A stretch of DNA of 64,000 bases from an uncultured Clostridiaceae bacterium (GCA_947647275.1 CANSJQ010000001.1:319046-383045), one strand, 5' to 3'; shown: positions 9,494 to 19,959, numbered from the stretch's first letter. A program made the numbers and translations. The notes: generated by a model from the sequence alone, not told the origin.

Positions 9494-10300
9494 GTGAGAA
9501 GATTGGATTGGTTTGAAAGTTTAAGTCCAGTAATTCAAGCATTAATTGCAGCAACATTTACTTGGGGAGTAACAGCACTTGGAGCACTTGTAGTATATTT
9601 TTTCAAGGAAATAAATAAAAAAGTATTAGACACAATATTAGGCTTTAGTGCAGGAGTAATGATAGCAGCAGCTTTTTGGTCACTAATATCTCCATCTATT
9701 GAATTATCAGCAGAACTAGGATACATAGAATGGTTGTTACCGGCAGTAGGTTTTATTGTTGGAGGACTATTTGTGTTACTATCTGATAAATTTTTAGATA
9801 AAGTTTTAAAAAGTAAAGGAAATTTAAGAAGTGATTCATCACTAAAAAGAAGTATACTTTTAATATCAGCAATAACAATACACAATATACCAGAAGGAAT
9901 GGCAATAGGTGTAGCATTTGGTGGAATTGCAAGTGGTGTACCAGGAATGGCATTAATAGGAGCCATTATGTTAGCATTAGGTATAGGCATTCAAAATTTC
10001 CCAGAAGGAGCAGCAGTATCTCTTCCACTTAGAAGTGAAGGATATTCAAGGTTTAAAAGCTTTATGATAGGTCAGGCGTCAGCATTAGTTGAACCAATAT
10101 CTGCAGTAATTGGAGCAGTGCTTGTACTATATATAAGAAGTATGCTACCATTCTTACTAGCATTTGCTGCAGGAGCAATGATAATAGTAGTTGCAAGAGA
10201 ATTACTACCAGAATCAGTAAAAGACAACAAAAATTTAGCTACATTTGGCCTAATTGGCGGATTTGTACTAATGATGGTACTAGATGTAGCATTAGGATAG
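9494..10300 (+). CDS. zupT: ZIP family metal (zinc) transporter, ZupT-like. GTG (9494) or TTG (9503) start.
   Basis: HNIPEGMAIGVAFGG and NFPEGAAV metal-binding motifs. Terminator hairpin at 10301..10328. Confidence 0.8.
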   Translation: MRRLDWFESLSPVIQALIAATFTWGVTALGALVVYFFKEINKKVLDTILGFSAGVMIAAAFWSLISPSIELSAELGYIEWLLPAVGFIVGGLFVLLSDKFLDKVLKSKGNLRSDSSLKRSILLISAITIHNIPEGMAIGVAFGGIASGVPGMALIGAIMLALGIGIQNFPEGAAVSLPLRSEGYSRFKSFMIGQASALVEPISAVIGAVLVLYIRSMLPFLLAFAAGAMIIVVARELLPESVKDNKNLATFGLIGGFVLMMVLDVALG

Positions 10301-10562
10301 AAAAAGCGGAATAAATTCCGCTTTTTATATTGCATGAAACTATTCTATTTTAAGTTATAGAAGATAAACATAGGAGCTTTGTATATGTTTTTATTTGTTT
10401 CAAGCATATAAAAAAGTATATGTAAAACACAAACTAAGTGACAGATAATTTAATACATATAATGAAAAATTACTTTTCAGTAGTATATACCAATTTACAG
10501 AAAAACATTGATAATTATTTTCTTCTATGATAATATAAATATAATTAAAGGAGGAAAATAAA

Positions 10563-11249
10563 ATGAAAAAAATAGGAAACATATTATGGGGAATAGTATT
10601 TATAGCTTTAGGAATTATAATAGCACTAAATGCACTAGGTGTTGCAAAAATAAATGTATTTTTTGATGGTTGGTGGACATTATTTATTATAATACCATGC
10701 TTTATTGGTTTATTTAAAGAAAGAGAAAAAACAGGAAATATAATAGGTCTGTTAATAGGTATAGTATTATTACTATGCTGTCAAAATATATTAGACTTTA
10801 ATATGATATGGAAACTAATAATTCCAGCAATTTTAGTAATAATAGGACTATCATTTATTTTTAAAGATACTTTTGATAAAAAAGTAGCAGAGGAAATAAA
10901 AAAACTAAACAAAAATAATACAAAAGAAAATGAATATTGTGCAACTTTTTCTGGCCAAGATATAAAATTCGATAGCGAAAAGTTTACAGGTGCAGATTTA
11001 ACAGCAGTATTTGGTGGGGTTAAATGTAACCTAACAAATGCAATAATAGAAAGTGATGTAGTTATTAATACAACTAGTATATTTGGGGGGATAGATATAA
11101 TAGTTCCAGAGAATGTAAAAGTTAAAGTAAAATCATCATCAATATTTGGAGGAGTAGAGGAAAAGAAAAAAGCTAAAGTAGAAATTGAAAATGTACATAC
11201 AATATACATTAATGCAAACTGTATATTTGGAGGTGTAGAAATAAAATAA
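10563..11249 (+). CDS. LiaF-like cell-envelope stress protein (N-terminal TM domain plus C-terminal DUF2154-like SIFGG repeats)
   Basis: N-terminal TM helices. Repeated S(I)FGG motifs. TAATG overlap with the next gene. Confidence 0.55.
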   Translation: MKKIGNILWGIVFIALGIIIALNALGVAKINVFFDGWWTLFIIIPCFIGLFKEREKTGNIIGLLIGIVLLLCCQNILDFNMIWKLIIPAILVIIGLSFIFKDTFDKKVAEEIKKLNKNNTKENEYCATFSGQDIKFDSEKFTGADLTAVFGGVKCNLTNAIIESDVVINTTSIFGGIDIIVPENVKVKVKSSSIFGGVEEKKKAKVEIENVHTIYINANCIFGGVEIK

Positions 11250-12070
11250 TGAATACAACACAAAAAATAATAAAATATTTAGCTCTAGCTTTTGCAATAT
11301 TTCTAATAGTTACAATATTTTCTGGAATATTAACAGGTATATATATCATGTCAAACATTTTAGGATTGAAAAAAGAAGGTACAGAAACTATTAGAGAAAT
11401 AAGCACTTTAGAATTAGAAGAAATTAATGATTATGCATATTTAGACATAGATATAAAATATAGCAATTTAAAAATTAAAATAGGCGAAAAATTTGAAGTA
11501 CAAACAAGTAATAATAACATTGAAGTTAACCAAAAAGATAATAAACTAAAAATACTAGAAAAACAAAATAATTGGTTTTGGGGAAATTCAAATGAAGAAG
11601 AACTAATAGTATATATTCCAGAAAATATAGAGTTTGAAAAAGCAAATATACAAACAGGTGCAGGAATAGTAAATATAGAAGAAATAAAAACAAAAAAGAT
11701 AAAATTAAATTTAGGTGCAGGAGAAACAATAATTAATAATATTATTTCTGACAATGTAGATATAAATGGAGGAGTAGGAAAATTTACAATAGAAAATGGA
11801 ATAATGCATGATTTAGACTTTGATTTAGGAGTTGGAGAAACCACTATAAATGCGAAAATAACAGGAAATAATAAAATAGATACAGGAATAGGACGTTTAA
11901 AACTAAATATAGATGGAAATATTGAAGATTATAAATTAAAAGTAGAAAAAGGAATAGGGAATATAAAACTAAATGGAAAGCAAGTATCAAACAATACTAC
12001 AATAGGTGACGGAGAAAATGTTATAGATATAGATGGCGGAATAGGAGAAATTGTTATAAATTTCAAATAA
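11249..12070 (+). CDS. DUF4097/putative-adhesin family beta-helical protein (YvlB-like)
   Basis: Repeated G(A/I/V)GxxxI motifs. N-terminal TM. Translationally coupled to the upstream gene. Confidence 0.55.
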   Translation: MNTTQKIIKYLALAFAIFLIVTIFSGILTGIYIMSNILGLKKEGTETIREISTLELEEINDYAYLDIDIKYSNLKIKIGEKFEVQTSNNNIEVNQKDNKLKILEKQNNWFWGNSNEEELIVYIPENIEFEKANIQTGAGIVNIEEIKTKKIKLNLGAGETIINNIISDNVDINGGVGKFTIENGIMHDLDFDLGVGETTINAKITGNNKIDTGIGRLKLNIDGNIEDYKLKVEKGIGNIKLNGKQVSNNTTIGDGENVIDIDGGIGEIVINFK

Positions 12071-12123
12071 AATATTACTAAATAAAAATTTATTGTTACA
12101 TTAAAATAATTTGTTTTTGTTAT

Positions 12124-12182
12124 AAGGGCTTAATCGGTTAGAATACACATAATAAATACCGAATAAAGCCCTTAATATTTTT
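12124..12182. repeat. Terminator-like hairpin repeat, copy 1 of 3 (GGGCTTAATCGGT ... ACCGAATAAAGCCC plus T-run)
   Basis: Near-identical elements at 46346..46402 and 60824..60882. Confidence 0.7.
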
Positions 12183-12188
12183 TGCCCT

Positions 12189-12962
12189 TTATTGTAATAT
12201 AAATAATGCTTTTGCAATATAAGGTGTTACTTCATTAATATCATACCAACCAGAACTTTTATAATTATTTTCTAAGCCATTTGGGTTTGAAACATAAACC
12301 ATATTATTTTCATCAGTCGCAAGTAAAACCATATAATGAGAAGCAGTTGTCCAGCGGTTGCTATTTGGCTTATTCCAAACACAAATAAGAATAGGCTTAT
12401 TTTTAGCTAAATGATTTTTAATATACTCATTAGACAAACTATCAGAATCATATAAAAAGTCAGAATTATAAATTCCAAAACTGTTATATAGTTCATTAGA
12501 AATTTTATCTCCATGTAAAACAGGGTAATATTTCTTTCTTAAATTTTCAGGAGTAAAATTTTTTCCATAGCCACTTAAAATAATTGATATTGCAGTAATC
12601 CCACATCCATCTGTTTCCATTGTATTATCCCAATATTTATTATTACACCAAGAAGAATTACCATTTTGTTTATATTCTTTATATGTTTTACTATTTTGAG
12701 TAGTAAAGGTGGTAAAATACCCATCTTTATTATTAACTTTTTCTTGACCTATTCCAACATAATTATTATTTATATCTTGTTTTATAATATCATATTCAGG
12801 TAAATCTGAAGTTGAATTAAAAATATTATTAATATTAGCAATAAACTTTGAATTACCTTTATTAATATTTATAAAAACACATATTACAACAATAAGAATA
12901 GATAAGCTTAAAAACATCTTTTTATAATTAATTCTAATTTTTCTTTTTTTACTACTTTTCAT
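12189..12962 (-). CDS. Peptidase C39-like (papain-like cysteine peptidase) domain protein with N-terminal signal/anchor
   Basis: DGCGITAISIILSGYG catalytic-Cys motif of the C39_2 family. N-terminal hydrophobic segment. Confidence 0.6.
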   Translation of the reverse strand: MKSSKKRKIRINYKKMFLSLSILIVVICVFININKGNSKFIANINNIFNSTSDLPEYDIIKQDINNNYVGIGQEKVNNKDGYFTTFTTQNSKTYKEYKQNGNSSWCNNKYWDNTMETDGCGITAISIILSGYGKNFTPENLRKKYYPVLHGDKISNELYNSFGIYNSDFLYDSDSLSNEYIKNHLAKNKPILICVWNKPNSNRWTTASHYMVLLATDENNMVYVSNPNGLENNYKSSGWYDINEVTPYIAKALFILQ

Positions 12963-13121
12963 TAATTAATCCTCCTATAAGCTTGTACTAATTATACAAA
13001 GGAAATAAAAAAAGTGCTTTAAGAAAAAATGAAAAAATTCTTAAATTTTTCTTACAATTAAAAAGAATATTATCAAAAATATAAATATGTGTTATAATTA
13101 TTAATGAAAGAAGGAGAAAAA

Positions 13122-13802
13122 ATGAATATATTAGTGCTAGATGATGAAAAAGAAATAGCTGATTTAGTAGAATTATATTTAGAAAATGAAAATTATACAG
13201 TATACAAATATTATAATTCAGAAGAAGCAATAAATTGTATAAATAAAATAAATTTAGACTTAGCAATATTAGATGTTATGATAAAAGGAAAAGATGGCTT
13301 TGAAATTTGTAAATATATAAGAGAAAAAGATTTAAAATTTCCAGTAATAATGCTTACAGCAAAAATAGAAGATAAAGATAAAATAACAGGTTTAACACTT
13401 GGTGCTGATGATTATATAACAAAGCCATTTAATCCATTAGAATTAGTTGCAAGGGTCAAATCAGCTTTAAGAAGGTATACCAAATATAATGAAAAAAGTA
13501 AAGAAGATATTATATATATAGAAGGGCTAGAAATAAGCAAAGAAAAACATATATGTACATTATATGATAAAAAAGTTGAACTTACACCATTAGAATTTGA
13601 CATACTATTATATTTAGCAAATAAAAGAGGAGAGGTAGTAAGCTCAGAAGAACTATTTGAAAAAGTATGGAAAGAAAAATATTTAGATAACAATAATACA
13701 GTAATGGTGCATATAAGAAGAATAAGAGAAAAACTAAATGAAGATACAAAAAAGCCAAAATATATAAAAACAGTATGGGGAGTGGGTTATAAAATTGAAT
13801 GA
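13122..13802 (+). CDS. OmpR-family response regulator
   Basis: REC domain (LVLDDE, D at ILDVMI) plus winged-helix Trans_reg_C. RBS aaggag. Confidence 0.9.
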   Translation: MNILVLDDEKEIADLVELYLENENYTVYKYYNSEEAINCINKINLDLAILDVMIKGKDGFEICKYIREKDLKFPVIMLTAKIEDKDKITGLTLGADDYITKPFNPLELVARVKSALRRYTKYNEKSKEDIIYIEGLEISKEKHICTLYDKKVELTPLEFDILLYLANKRGEVVSSEELFEKVWKEKYLDNNNTVMVHIRRIREKLNEDTKKPKYIKTVWGVGYKIE

Positions 13803-14880
13803 AACAAAGGAATTTAATAGTATAAAAAATGGAATAGCTCTAAAAGCGATAACACAAATAATTTTATATACAATTATTTGTATGTGTATAGTAGCTATGC
13901 TAGTAGATGGTATTTTTAATGATAGAATAGCTGAAACTATATATGATACAGATGCATTTTTATATTATATGGCAGTAGAACAAAAGCCAGCAATTATATC
14001 AATAATAAGCATATTTGTAATGTTAATAGTAAGCTTTTTTGTAATAAAGAAAGCAATGAACAGCTTAACAATTATAACATCTGCAATAAACCAAATTATA
14101 AAAGAGCCAGATAATCAAGTAAAATTGCCAACAAGTTTAGCTATTATAGAAAATAAGTTAAATAACATTAGAATAGATTTAATAAAAAGTAGAGAAGAAG
14201 CGAAAGAAGCGGAAAGTAAGAAAAATGACTTGATAATGTATATGGCACATGACTTAAAAACACCGCTAACTTCAGTTATAGGTTATTTAAGTTTATTAAC
14301 TGAAGAAAAAAACATATCAGAAGAAATGAAAGAAAAATATATAAAAATAGCATTAAACAAAGCACAAAGAGTAGAAGAGCTTACAAATCAATTTTTCGAA
14401 ATAACAAGGTACAATTTATATGATATGCCTATAAATAAAAATAAAATAGATATATCATTTTTACTAGAACAACTTGTAAATGAATGTTACCCAATGCTAC
14501 AAGAAAAAAGATTAGAATGTAAAGTAATAAAACCAGAAAATATTTATTATGAGGGCGATGGAGATAAATTAGCAAGAGCATTTGAAAACCTTATAAAAAA
14601 TGCAATTAATTATAGCTATGAAAATACACAAATAGAAATTGAACTAACTAAAGTAGAAAATAAAATAAAAATAGTATTTAGAAATAAAGGAGATAAAATA
14701 CCTGAATACAAATTAGAAAAAATATTTGACAAATTTTACAGAGCTGACGAATCAAGAACAACTAGCACAGGTGGAACAGGTTTAGGACTAGCAATTACAA
14801 AAGAAATAATAGAACTACATGACGGTAAAATTTATGTAAAAAATGATAATGAACTTATAGAATTTTATATAGAACTATAA
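13795..14880 (+). CDS. Sensor histidine kinase (HisKA plus HATPase_c), partner of the upstream regulator
   Basis: H-box MAHDLKTPLTSVIGYLSLL. G-boxes GGTGLGLAI. Two N-terminal TM segments. 8-nt overlap with the regulator gene. Confidence 0.9.
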   Translation: MNETKEFNSIKNGIALKAITQIILYTIICMCIVAMLVDGIFNDRIAETIYDTDAFLYYMAVEQKPAIISIISIFVMLIVSFFVIKKAMNSLTIITSAINQIIKEPDNQVKLPTSLAIIENKLNNIRIDLIKSREEAKEAESKKNDLIMYMAHDLKTPLTSVIGYLSLLTEEKNISEEMKEKYIKIALNKAQRVEELTNQFFEITRYNLYDMPINKNKIDISFLLEQLVNECYPMLQEKRLECKVIKPENIYYEGDGDKLARAFENLIKNAINYSYENTQIEIELTKVENKIKIVFRNKGDKIPEYKLEKIFDKFYRADESRTTSTGGTGLGLAITKEIIELHDGKIYVKNDNELIEFYIEL

Positions 14881-14969
14881 AAACATAAAATATGTATAAT
14901 TATATATATATTCTAAATTAGTATATACAAATAAATACAATTGAATATTAAATAAATATTATAAAAATA

Positions 14970-15008
14970 TAGCACGTCAAAATATAAATTTTAACGTGCT
15001 GTATTTTT
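14970..15008. terminator. Bidirectional terminator
   Basis: agcacgtcaaaat...attttaacgtgct hairpin plus T-run. Confidence 0.65.
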
Positions 15009-15334
15009 TATGAAATTAATTTTGATATGTTTTTAATCTGTTCGTGAAAATTTTGTTCAATTAATTCACATGCAACTTTAAGACGTAAATTACCATAATT
15101 GGCATCTGAAAGAGATGATATATCAACTCCTCTTTTTTTTAAAATTTGATCAACCCTAATATGGTCAGGAGCAAAATATTGTAGTAACCTTTGAAAGTCT
15201 TCTGAGTAAGTAACTGAATAATGATATTCATTTTCATATATACTTAAAATATGAGTATCATCATCTTTTTTGAGCTCAGCTACAGGTAAATTAGTAAGAA
15301 CATTTTTGGAATCATATATCCATCTGGTTTTCAT
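15008..15334 (-). CDS. Hypothetical protein
   Basis: 108-aa ORF with RBS (aaggagga) upstream on the minus strand. Confidence 0.45.
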   Translation of the reverse strand: MKTRWIYDSKNVLTNLPVAELKKDDDTHILSIYENEYHYSVTYSEDFQRLLQYFAPDHIRVDQILKKRGVDISSLSDANYGNLRLKVACELIEQNFHEQIKNISKLIS

Positions 15335-15540
15335 AAATTTTCCTCCTTACAATTGTAATTGAAGATAAAAGTTAATAACAACAGTATTATTATACCATAT
15401 AATAAATGAAATGTAAACAAGAATTACATAATTTGATAGAATTTTGCTATAATGTATAAAATGTTATAAAAAACTATTTTTTTTTTGGTTTTTATGATAT
15501 AAATAATATTAAAATACAAATAAAGTAAGGAAAATTCAAT

Positions 15541-16459
15541 ATGAAAGAAAAATTAATTTACATACCAGAGTTTTTAAAAGAAATGTTAAATAAGCAATAT
15601 GGAGAAAAATTGGCAGAAAGAATAATAGAAGGTTATAGTGTAAAAAGACCTGTTACTTTTAGGGCAAATACATTAAAAGTAACTTTAGTAGAAATTGAAA
15701 ATAAATTAAAAGAATTAGGAATTGAATTCGAGAAAGTACCTTGGAGTAAAGAAGCATTTATAATAAAAAATGCAAACGAAAAAGAAATAGAAAATTGGGA
15801 AATGTACAAAAACGGAGAAATATATCTTCAAAGCTTATCTTCAATGTTACCACCAATAATATTAGAGCCAAAAGAAAATACAGATATATTAGATATGGCG
15901 GCAGCACCAGGAGGAAAGACCACACAGCTAGCAGCACTAACTCAAAATAATGCTCATATTACAGCTTGCGAAATGAACACTATTAGGCTTGAAAGACTAA
16001 AATACAATATAGAAAAACAAGGAGCAACATCAATTTATACAATGCAAACAGATAGTAGAAGAATAGACGACTTTTTCTCATTTGACCAAATTCTATTAGA
16101 TGCTCCATGTTCACGGAAGTGGAACATTAAATATAAATGGTATTAATATAGAAAAAACATTTACAAAAAAGTTAATAGAAAAATCCACTGTATCTCAATT
16201 ACAACTTCTAAAAAAAGCTATAAAAATATTAAAACCAGGCCATGAAATGATATATTCAACATGTTCAATACTAGCATGTGAAAACGAAGAAATAATAGAA
16301 AAAGCATTAAAAGGGGAAAAGGCTAAAATAGTACCAATAAATTTAGAAGCAATGGAAGAATTACCACTATTACCAACTAAAATACAAGAAACACTTTGTG
16401 TAGCCCCAAATGAATTATATGAAGGTTTCTTTATTGCAAAAATATATAAAGGAAATTAA
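15541..16459 (+). pseudogene. NOL1/NOP2/Sun-family rRNA (cytosine-C5) methyltransferase, interrupted by a +1 frameshift (extra C at 16114 before a GGA Gly codon)
   Basis: ORFs 15541..16146 and 16100..16459 join to give DAPCS-G-SGTLNINGIN. Deleting c16114 (tgttcaCggaagt) restores the frame. Motifs ILDMAAAPGGKT and DAPCSGSG, plus the catalytic TCS. Confidence 0.8.
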
Positions 16460-16465
16460 AGAAAA

Positions 16466-16500
16466 TTTGAAAGATTTGCCACAACCAAATCTTTCAAATC
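16466..16500. terminator. Bidirectional terminator
   Basis: gaaagatttg...caaatctttc hairpin. Confidence 0.6.
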
Positions 16501-16518
16501 TTTGTTCATTATCAACAA

Positions 16519-16872
16519 TTATATTATTTCAGTTATCTTTAAATTAAATTTATCCTCAAAGACTTTCTTTTTAGCAATATATTCCTTAGTTTTAAAACCT
16601 TTAACATCAATAACTTCAGTAGAGCCATCTTTATGAAAAACAATAAAGTCAGCCTTATATTTTAAACTAGGAGCTAAAATAAAAGTAGGCTGCAAACAAA
16701 AACCATTAATTTCTTTTGCTTGTAATTTTAATTTAAGTTCACAATAATAATCAGCTTCTTTTTGACTATCAAAAGTATGACCATCAACAGAAGCCTTATT
16801 GGCTCTATATTTACTTTTTCTTTTCTTACTATCTGTAAAATTTTTATAATCCTCAACACTCCAATGTTCCAT
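16519..16872 (-). CDS. DUF1064 family protein (phage-associated)
   Basis: 117 aa. Pattern G.TFDS..EA..Y..L....KA..I......QP.F ... ADF typical of DUF1064 from Firmicute prophages. Confidence 0.6.
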   Translation of the reverse strand: MEHWSVEDYKNFTDSKKRKSKYRANKASVDGHTFDSQKEADYYCELKLKLQAKEINGFCLQPTFILAPSLKYKADFIVFHKDGSTEVIDVKGFKTKEYIAKKKVFEDKFNLKITEII

Positions 16873-16935
16873 AATAAAACTCCTATATAATTATTATAAA
16901 TAAAAAACAAAAAAAGTGCAAGCTAAAATTTAAAA

Positions 16936-17027
16936 TAGTGACAATGGGACGGGGTTTTTGTCACTACCATTTTAGAATTTAATATAACTGAAATAGTAGT
17001 GACAAAAACCCCGTCCCATTGTCACTA
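16936..17027. repeat. 92-bp perfect hairpin: 32-bp inverted repeat (tagtgacaatgggacggggtttttgtcactac) with a 28-nt spacer. Each arm is itself palindromic.
   Basis: Exact reverse-complement arms at 16936..16967 and 16996..17027. The right arm overlaps the stop of the 17025..17459 gene. Confidence 0.8.
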
Positions 17028-17459
17028 CAAATATTTTTTTAAAGTTTCAATACTATCTTCTTGCATAACAACAAAATCATTTAAAACATTTTTCACATCT
17101 TTATCAGCATTAGGATTTTGATTAATAAGTCTTCTACCTTCAATAATACCCATATTAGTTCCTTGCATTAATAGTTCAGAAAGCTTAGAATTACTATTAT
17201 CAGCAATAGTTTTCATTTGTACACCATACCAAGTCATAGCTTTATTCATAGCATTTGTTTCATGAGGCTCTTTGCTACTAAAATTAGAATATATATCATT
17301 AACTCTATTAGATATTTTTTTGTATTTATTATATTCAATGTCTAAGACTTCCTTAAAAGTATCATCCTTAACTTTTTCTGAAACAAAAGATATTGCATCC
17401 ATTCCCATAGTAGCACCTTTATTAATTTCATCTAAAATATTTAAATTTTGATTTTCCAT
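17025..17459 (-). CDS. Hypothetical helical (ferritin-like/DUF2383-like?) protein
   Basis: 144-aa ORF with RBS. Weak resemblance to four-helix-bundle stress proteins. Confidence 0.35.
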   Translation of the reverse strand: MENQNLNILDEINKGATMGMDAISFVSEKVKDDTFKEVLDIEYNKYKKISNRVNDIYSNFSSKEPHETNAMNKAMTWYGVQMKTIADNSNSKLSELLMQGTNMGIIEGRRLINQNPNADKDVKNVLNDFVVMQEDSIETLKKYL

Positions 17460-17580
17460 ATCAAATCACATTCCTTTCACAATATTAACTATAATACTAA
17501 TATATCCAAAATTTATAAAATAAAACGAAAGAAGTAGAAAAACTTTATTATGTAAAAATCTATAGATTGATTAAAAAAGT

Positions 17581-17609
17581 TTTGACAAATAAAAATTAAT
17601 ATGTTAAAA
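17581..17609 (+). promoter_or_regulatory. Sigma-A type promoter of the MATE gene (TTGACA, 17 nt, TGtTAAAAT), followed by a ~220-nt structured leader
   Basis: ttgacaaataaaaattaatatgttaaaat. The leader contains a terminator-like hairpin caacacagaataaaaatgtgttg plus T-run near 17665..17700, and a second hairpin near 17720..17770. Confidence 0.5.
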
Positions 17610-17828
17610 TTACAAACGTGGCAAATGGAAACGAACATTATTTTTAAGTAATGATTAACGAACAACACAGAATAAAAATGTGTTGTATTTTTGTGCGTAA
17701 TAAGAAGTTATAAGTTGAAATATTAGGTAAATTCTTGGAAGAAGTTACCTAATAAAAATGTAACTTCTATAAAATTAGAAATTAATAGCGAACAGTACAC
17801 GCTTTGTGTAAGAAAGGAGAAGAGAAAG

Positions 17829-19829
17829 TTGGAAAAAGAAGAAAATATTTTAGGAAAAGAGAAAATAGGAAAATTAATTAGAAAATTTTCTGTTCCATGT
17901 ATTATATCTTTATTAGTAAACTCTTTATATAATATAGTTGACCAAATATTTATTGGTTGGGGAGTAGGATATTTAGGAAATGGAGCAACTAATATAGTTT
18001 TCCCATTAACTATGGTATGTTTAGCTTTTGCACTAATGTTTGGAGATGGAACATCAGCATATTTAAGTTTAAGACTAGGAGAAAAGAAAGAAAAAGAAGC
18101 AGGTAAAGGTGTTGGAAATGGTATAGCAATATCAATAATAGTAGCAGTACTTTTATGTACAGTAACATTAATATTTTTACCACAAATATTAAACTTATTT
18201 GGTTGTACACAAGCTCTAAGAGAATATGCTTTGAATTATGGCTATATAATAGGTGTAGGCTTGCCATTTATGATGGTAGGAACAACTTTAAATTCAATAA
18301 TAAGAGCAGATGGAAATCCAAAATATGCAATGACATCAATGGTAACAGGTGCAATTTTAAATATCATATTAGACCCAATATTTATATTTGTATTTAAAAT
18401 GGGAGTACAAGGTGCAGCAATAGCAACTGTTATAAGTCAAATAGTAACATTTGCAATTAATATAATGTATATAAAGAAGTTTAAATCTATAAAAATAGGA
18501 AAAGAAGAATTTAAACTAAAACCAAGTGTAATTCAAAAAGTATCAGCTTTAGGAATAAGTAGTTTTATTACACAAATAAGTATAGTATTTGTAATAGCAG
18601 TTGAAAATAATCTACTTGGAAAATATGGAGCGAATTCAAAATTTGGTTCAGAAATACCAATTACTGTATTGGGAATTGTTATGAAAATAAGCCAGATATT
18701 AAACAGTATAGTAATAGGAATTGCAGCAGGTTCACAGCCAATATTAGGTTACAACTATGGTGCAGCAAAAATGGATAGAGTAAAGCAAACCTTAAAAATA
18801 GTACTTGGAACAAGTGTAATAATAAGTACAATAGCATTTATACTATTCCAAACAATACCAGATAAATTAATAGTGGTTTTTGGTAGTGGTGATGCACTAT
18901 ATATGGAATTTGCATGTATATCATTTAGAATATATTTAATGCTATGTATATGTAATGGAATACAAATTCCAGCAGGAATATTCTTCCAAGCAATAGGAAA
19001 AAGCGCAAAAAGTGCAATACTTTCATTATCAAGACAGATACTATTCTTAATACCAGCAATGGTGGTACTTGGAGAATTATTTGGAATAAAAGGTTTCCTA
19101 TATTCAGGACCATTTGCAGATGGTTTAGCCTTCATAATAGCAGGATTATTACTTGTAATTGAAATAAAACATCTTGGAAAAGAAAAAACAAAAAGTGAAG
19201 CTTTAGAAAACAATACATTAAAACATAATAAACTAGATAAACATATGGTAATAACAATATCAAGAGAATATGGCTCAGGTGGAAGATATGTAGGAAGACT
19301 AATTGCAGATAAACTAGGAATAAAATTTTATGATAAAGAAATAATAACAAAACTAGCAGAAAAAACAGGATTATCAGAAGAATATATAGAAAATAATGAG
19401 CAAAAGAAAGAAACATTAGCAAACCTAAATAATGGATATTACTTTGGGTTAAACAATAGTGATGAACTATTCTTAAAAGAATCAGAATTAATAAAAGAGT
19501 TATCAAGCAAAGAATCTTGTGTAATAATAGGAAGATGTGCAGACTTTATATTAAAAGACAGAAAAAATGTAATAAAAGTATTCATATATAGCAACATGGA
19601 AGATAAAATAAATAGAGCAACTAAATTTTACAAACTAGATAAAGAAAAAGCACAAAAAGAAATAACAAGAGTAGATAAATTAAGAGCAAACCATTATAAA
19701 TACTATGCGCAAAAAAAATGGAATGACCATTTAAATTATGACATATGTATAAATACAGCAACATTAGGAGTAGAAAAATCAGCAGAGTTAGTGTGTGATG
19801 TAATAAAACCAAAAGAAGCACTTTTATAA
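17829..19829 (+). CDS. MATE family efflux transporter (about 475 aa) fused in frame to a C-terminal cytidylate kinase-like (AAA_18/Cytidylate_kin2) domain. TTG start.
   Basis: N-terminal 12-TM MATE pattern (NILGKEKIGKLIRKFSVP...). From about aa 476, MVITISREYGSGGRYVGRLIADKLGIKFYDKEII is the hallmark N-terminus of cytidylate kinase-like proteins. No stop codon or RBS separates the two parts. Confidence 0.7.
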   Translation: MEKEENILGKEKIGKLIRKFSVPCIISLLVNSLYNIVDQIFIGWGVGYLGNGATNIVFPLTMVCLAFALMFGDGTSAYLSLRLGEKKEKEAGKGVGNGIAISIIVAVLLCTVTLIFLPQILNLFGCTQALREYALNYGYIIGVGLPFMMVGTTLNSIIRADGNPKYAMTSMVTGAILNIILDPIFIFVFKMGVQGAAIATVISQIVTFAINIMYIKKFKSIKIGKEEFKLKPSVIQKVSALGISSFITQISIVFVIAVENNLLGKYGANSKFGSEIPITVLGIVMKISQILNSIVIGIAAGSQPILGYNYGAAKMDRVKQTLKIVLGTSVIISTIAFILFQTIPDKLIVVFGSGDALYMEFACISFRIYLMLCICNGIQIPAGIFFQAIGKSAKSAILSLSRQILFLIPAMVVLGELFGIKGFLYSGPFADGLAFIIAGLLLVIEIKHLGKEKTKSEALENNTLKHNKLDKHMVITISREYGSGGRYVGRLIADKLGIKFYDKEIITKLAEKTGLSEEYIENNEQKKETLANLNNGYYFGLNNSDELFLKESELIKELSSKESCVIIGRCADFILKDRKNVIKVFIYSNMEDKINRATKFYKLDKEKAQKEITRVDKLRANHYKYYAQKKWNDHLNYDICINTATLGVEKSAELVCDVIKPKEALL

Positions 19830-19959
19830 ATATTATTAAAAAGGTTGAAATTTGTAATAAAATATGTAAAAAGTATAGAAAAATCTCCTGTTAGCAATAT
19901 AAGCAGGTTAATATAGATGAAACTTATTAACAAAGCAAAATAAAACAGGAGGAATAGTT

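Noticed and set aside
19210-19260. Possible lost stop or frameshift creating the MATE/cytidylate kinase-like fusion
   Set aside because: No CGG-type insertion or other obvious lesion near the junction. No RBS precedes the internal Met. Kept as a genuine fusion but flagged for read-level verification.
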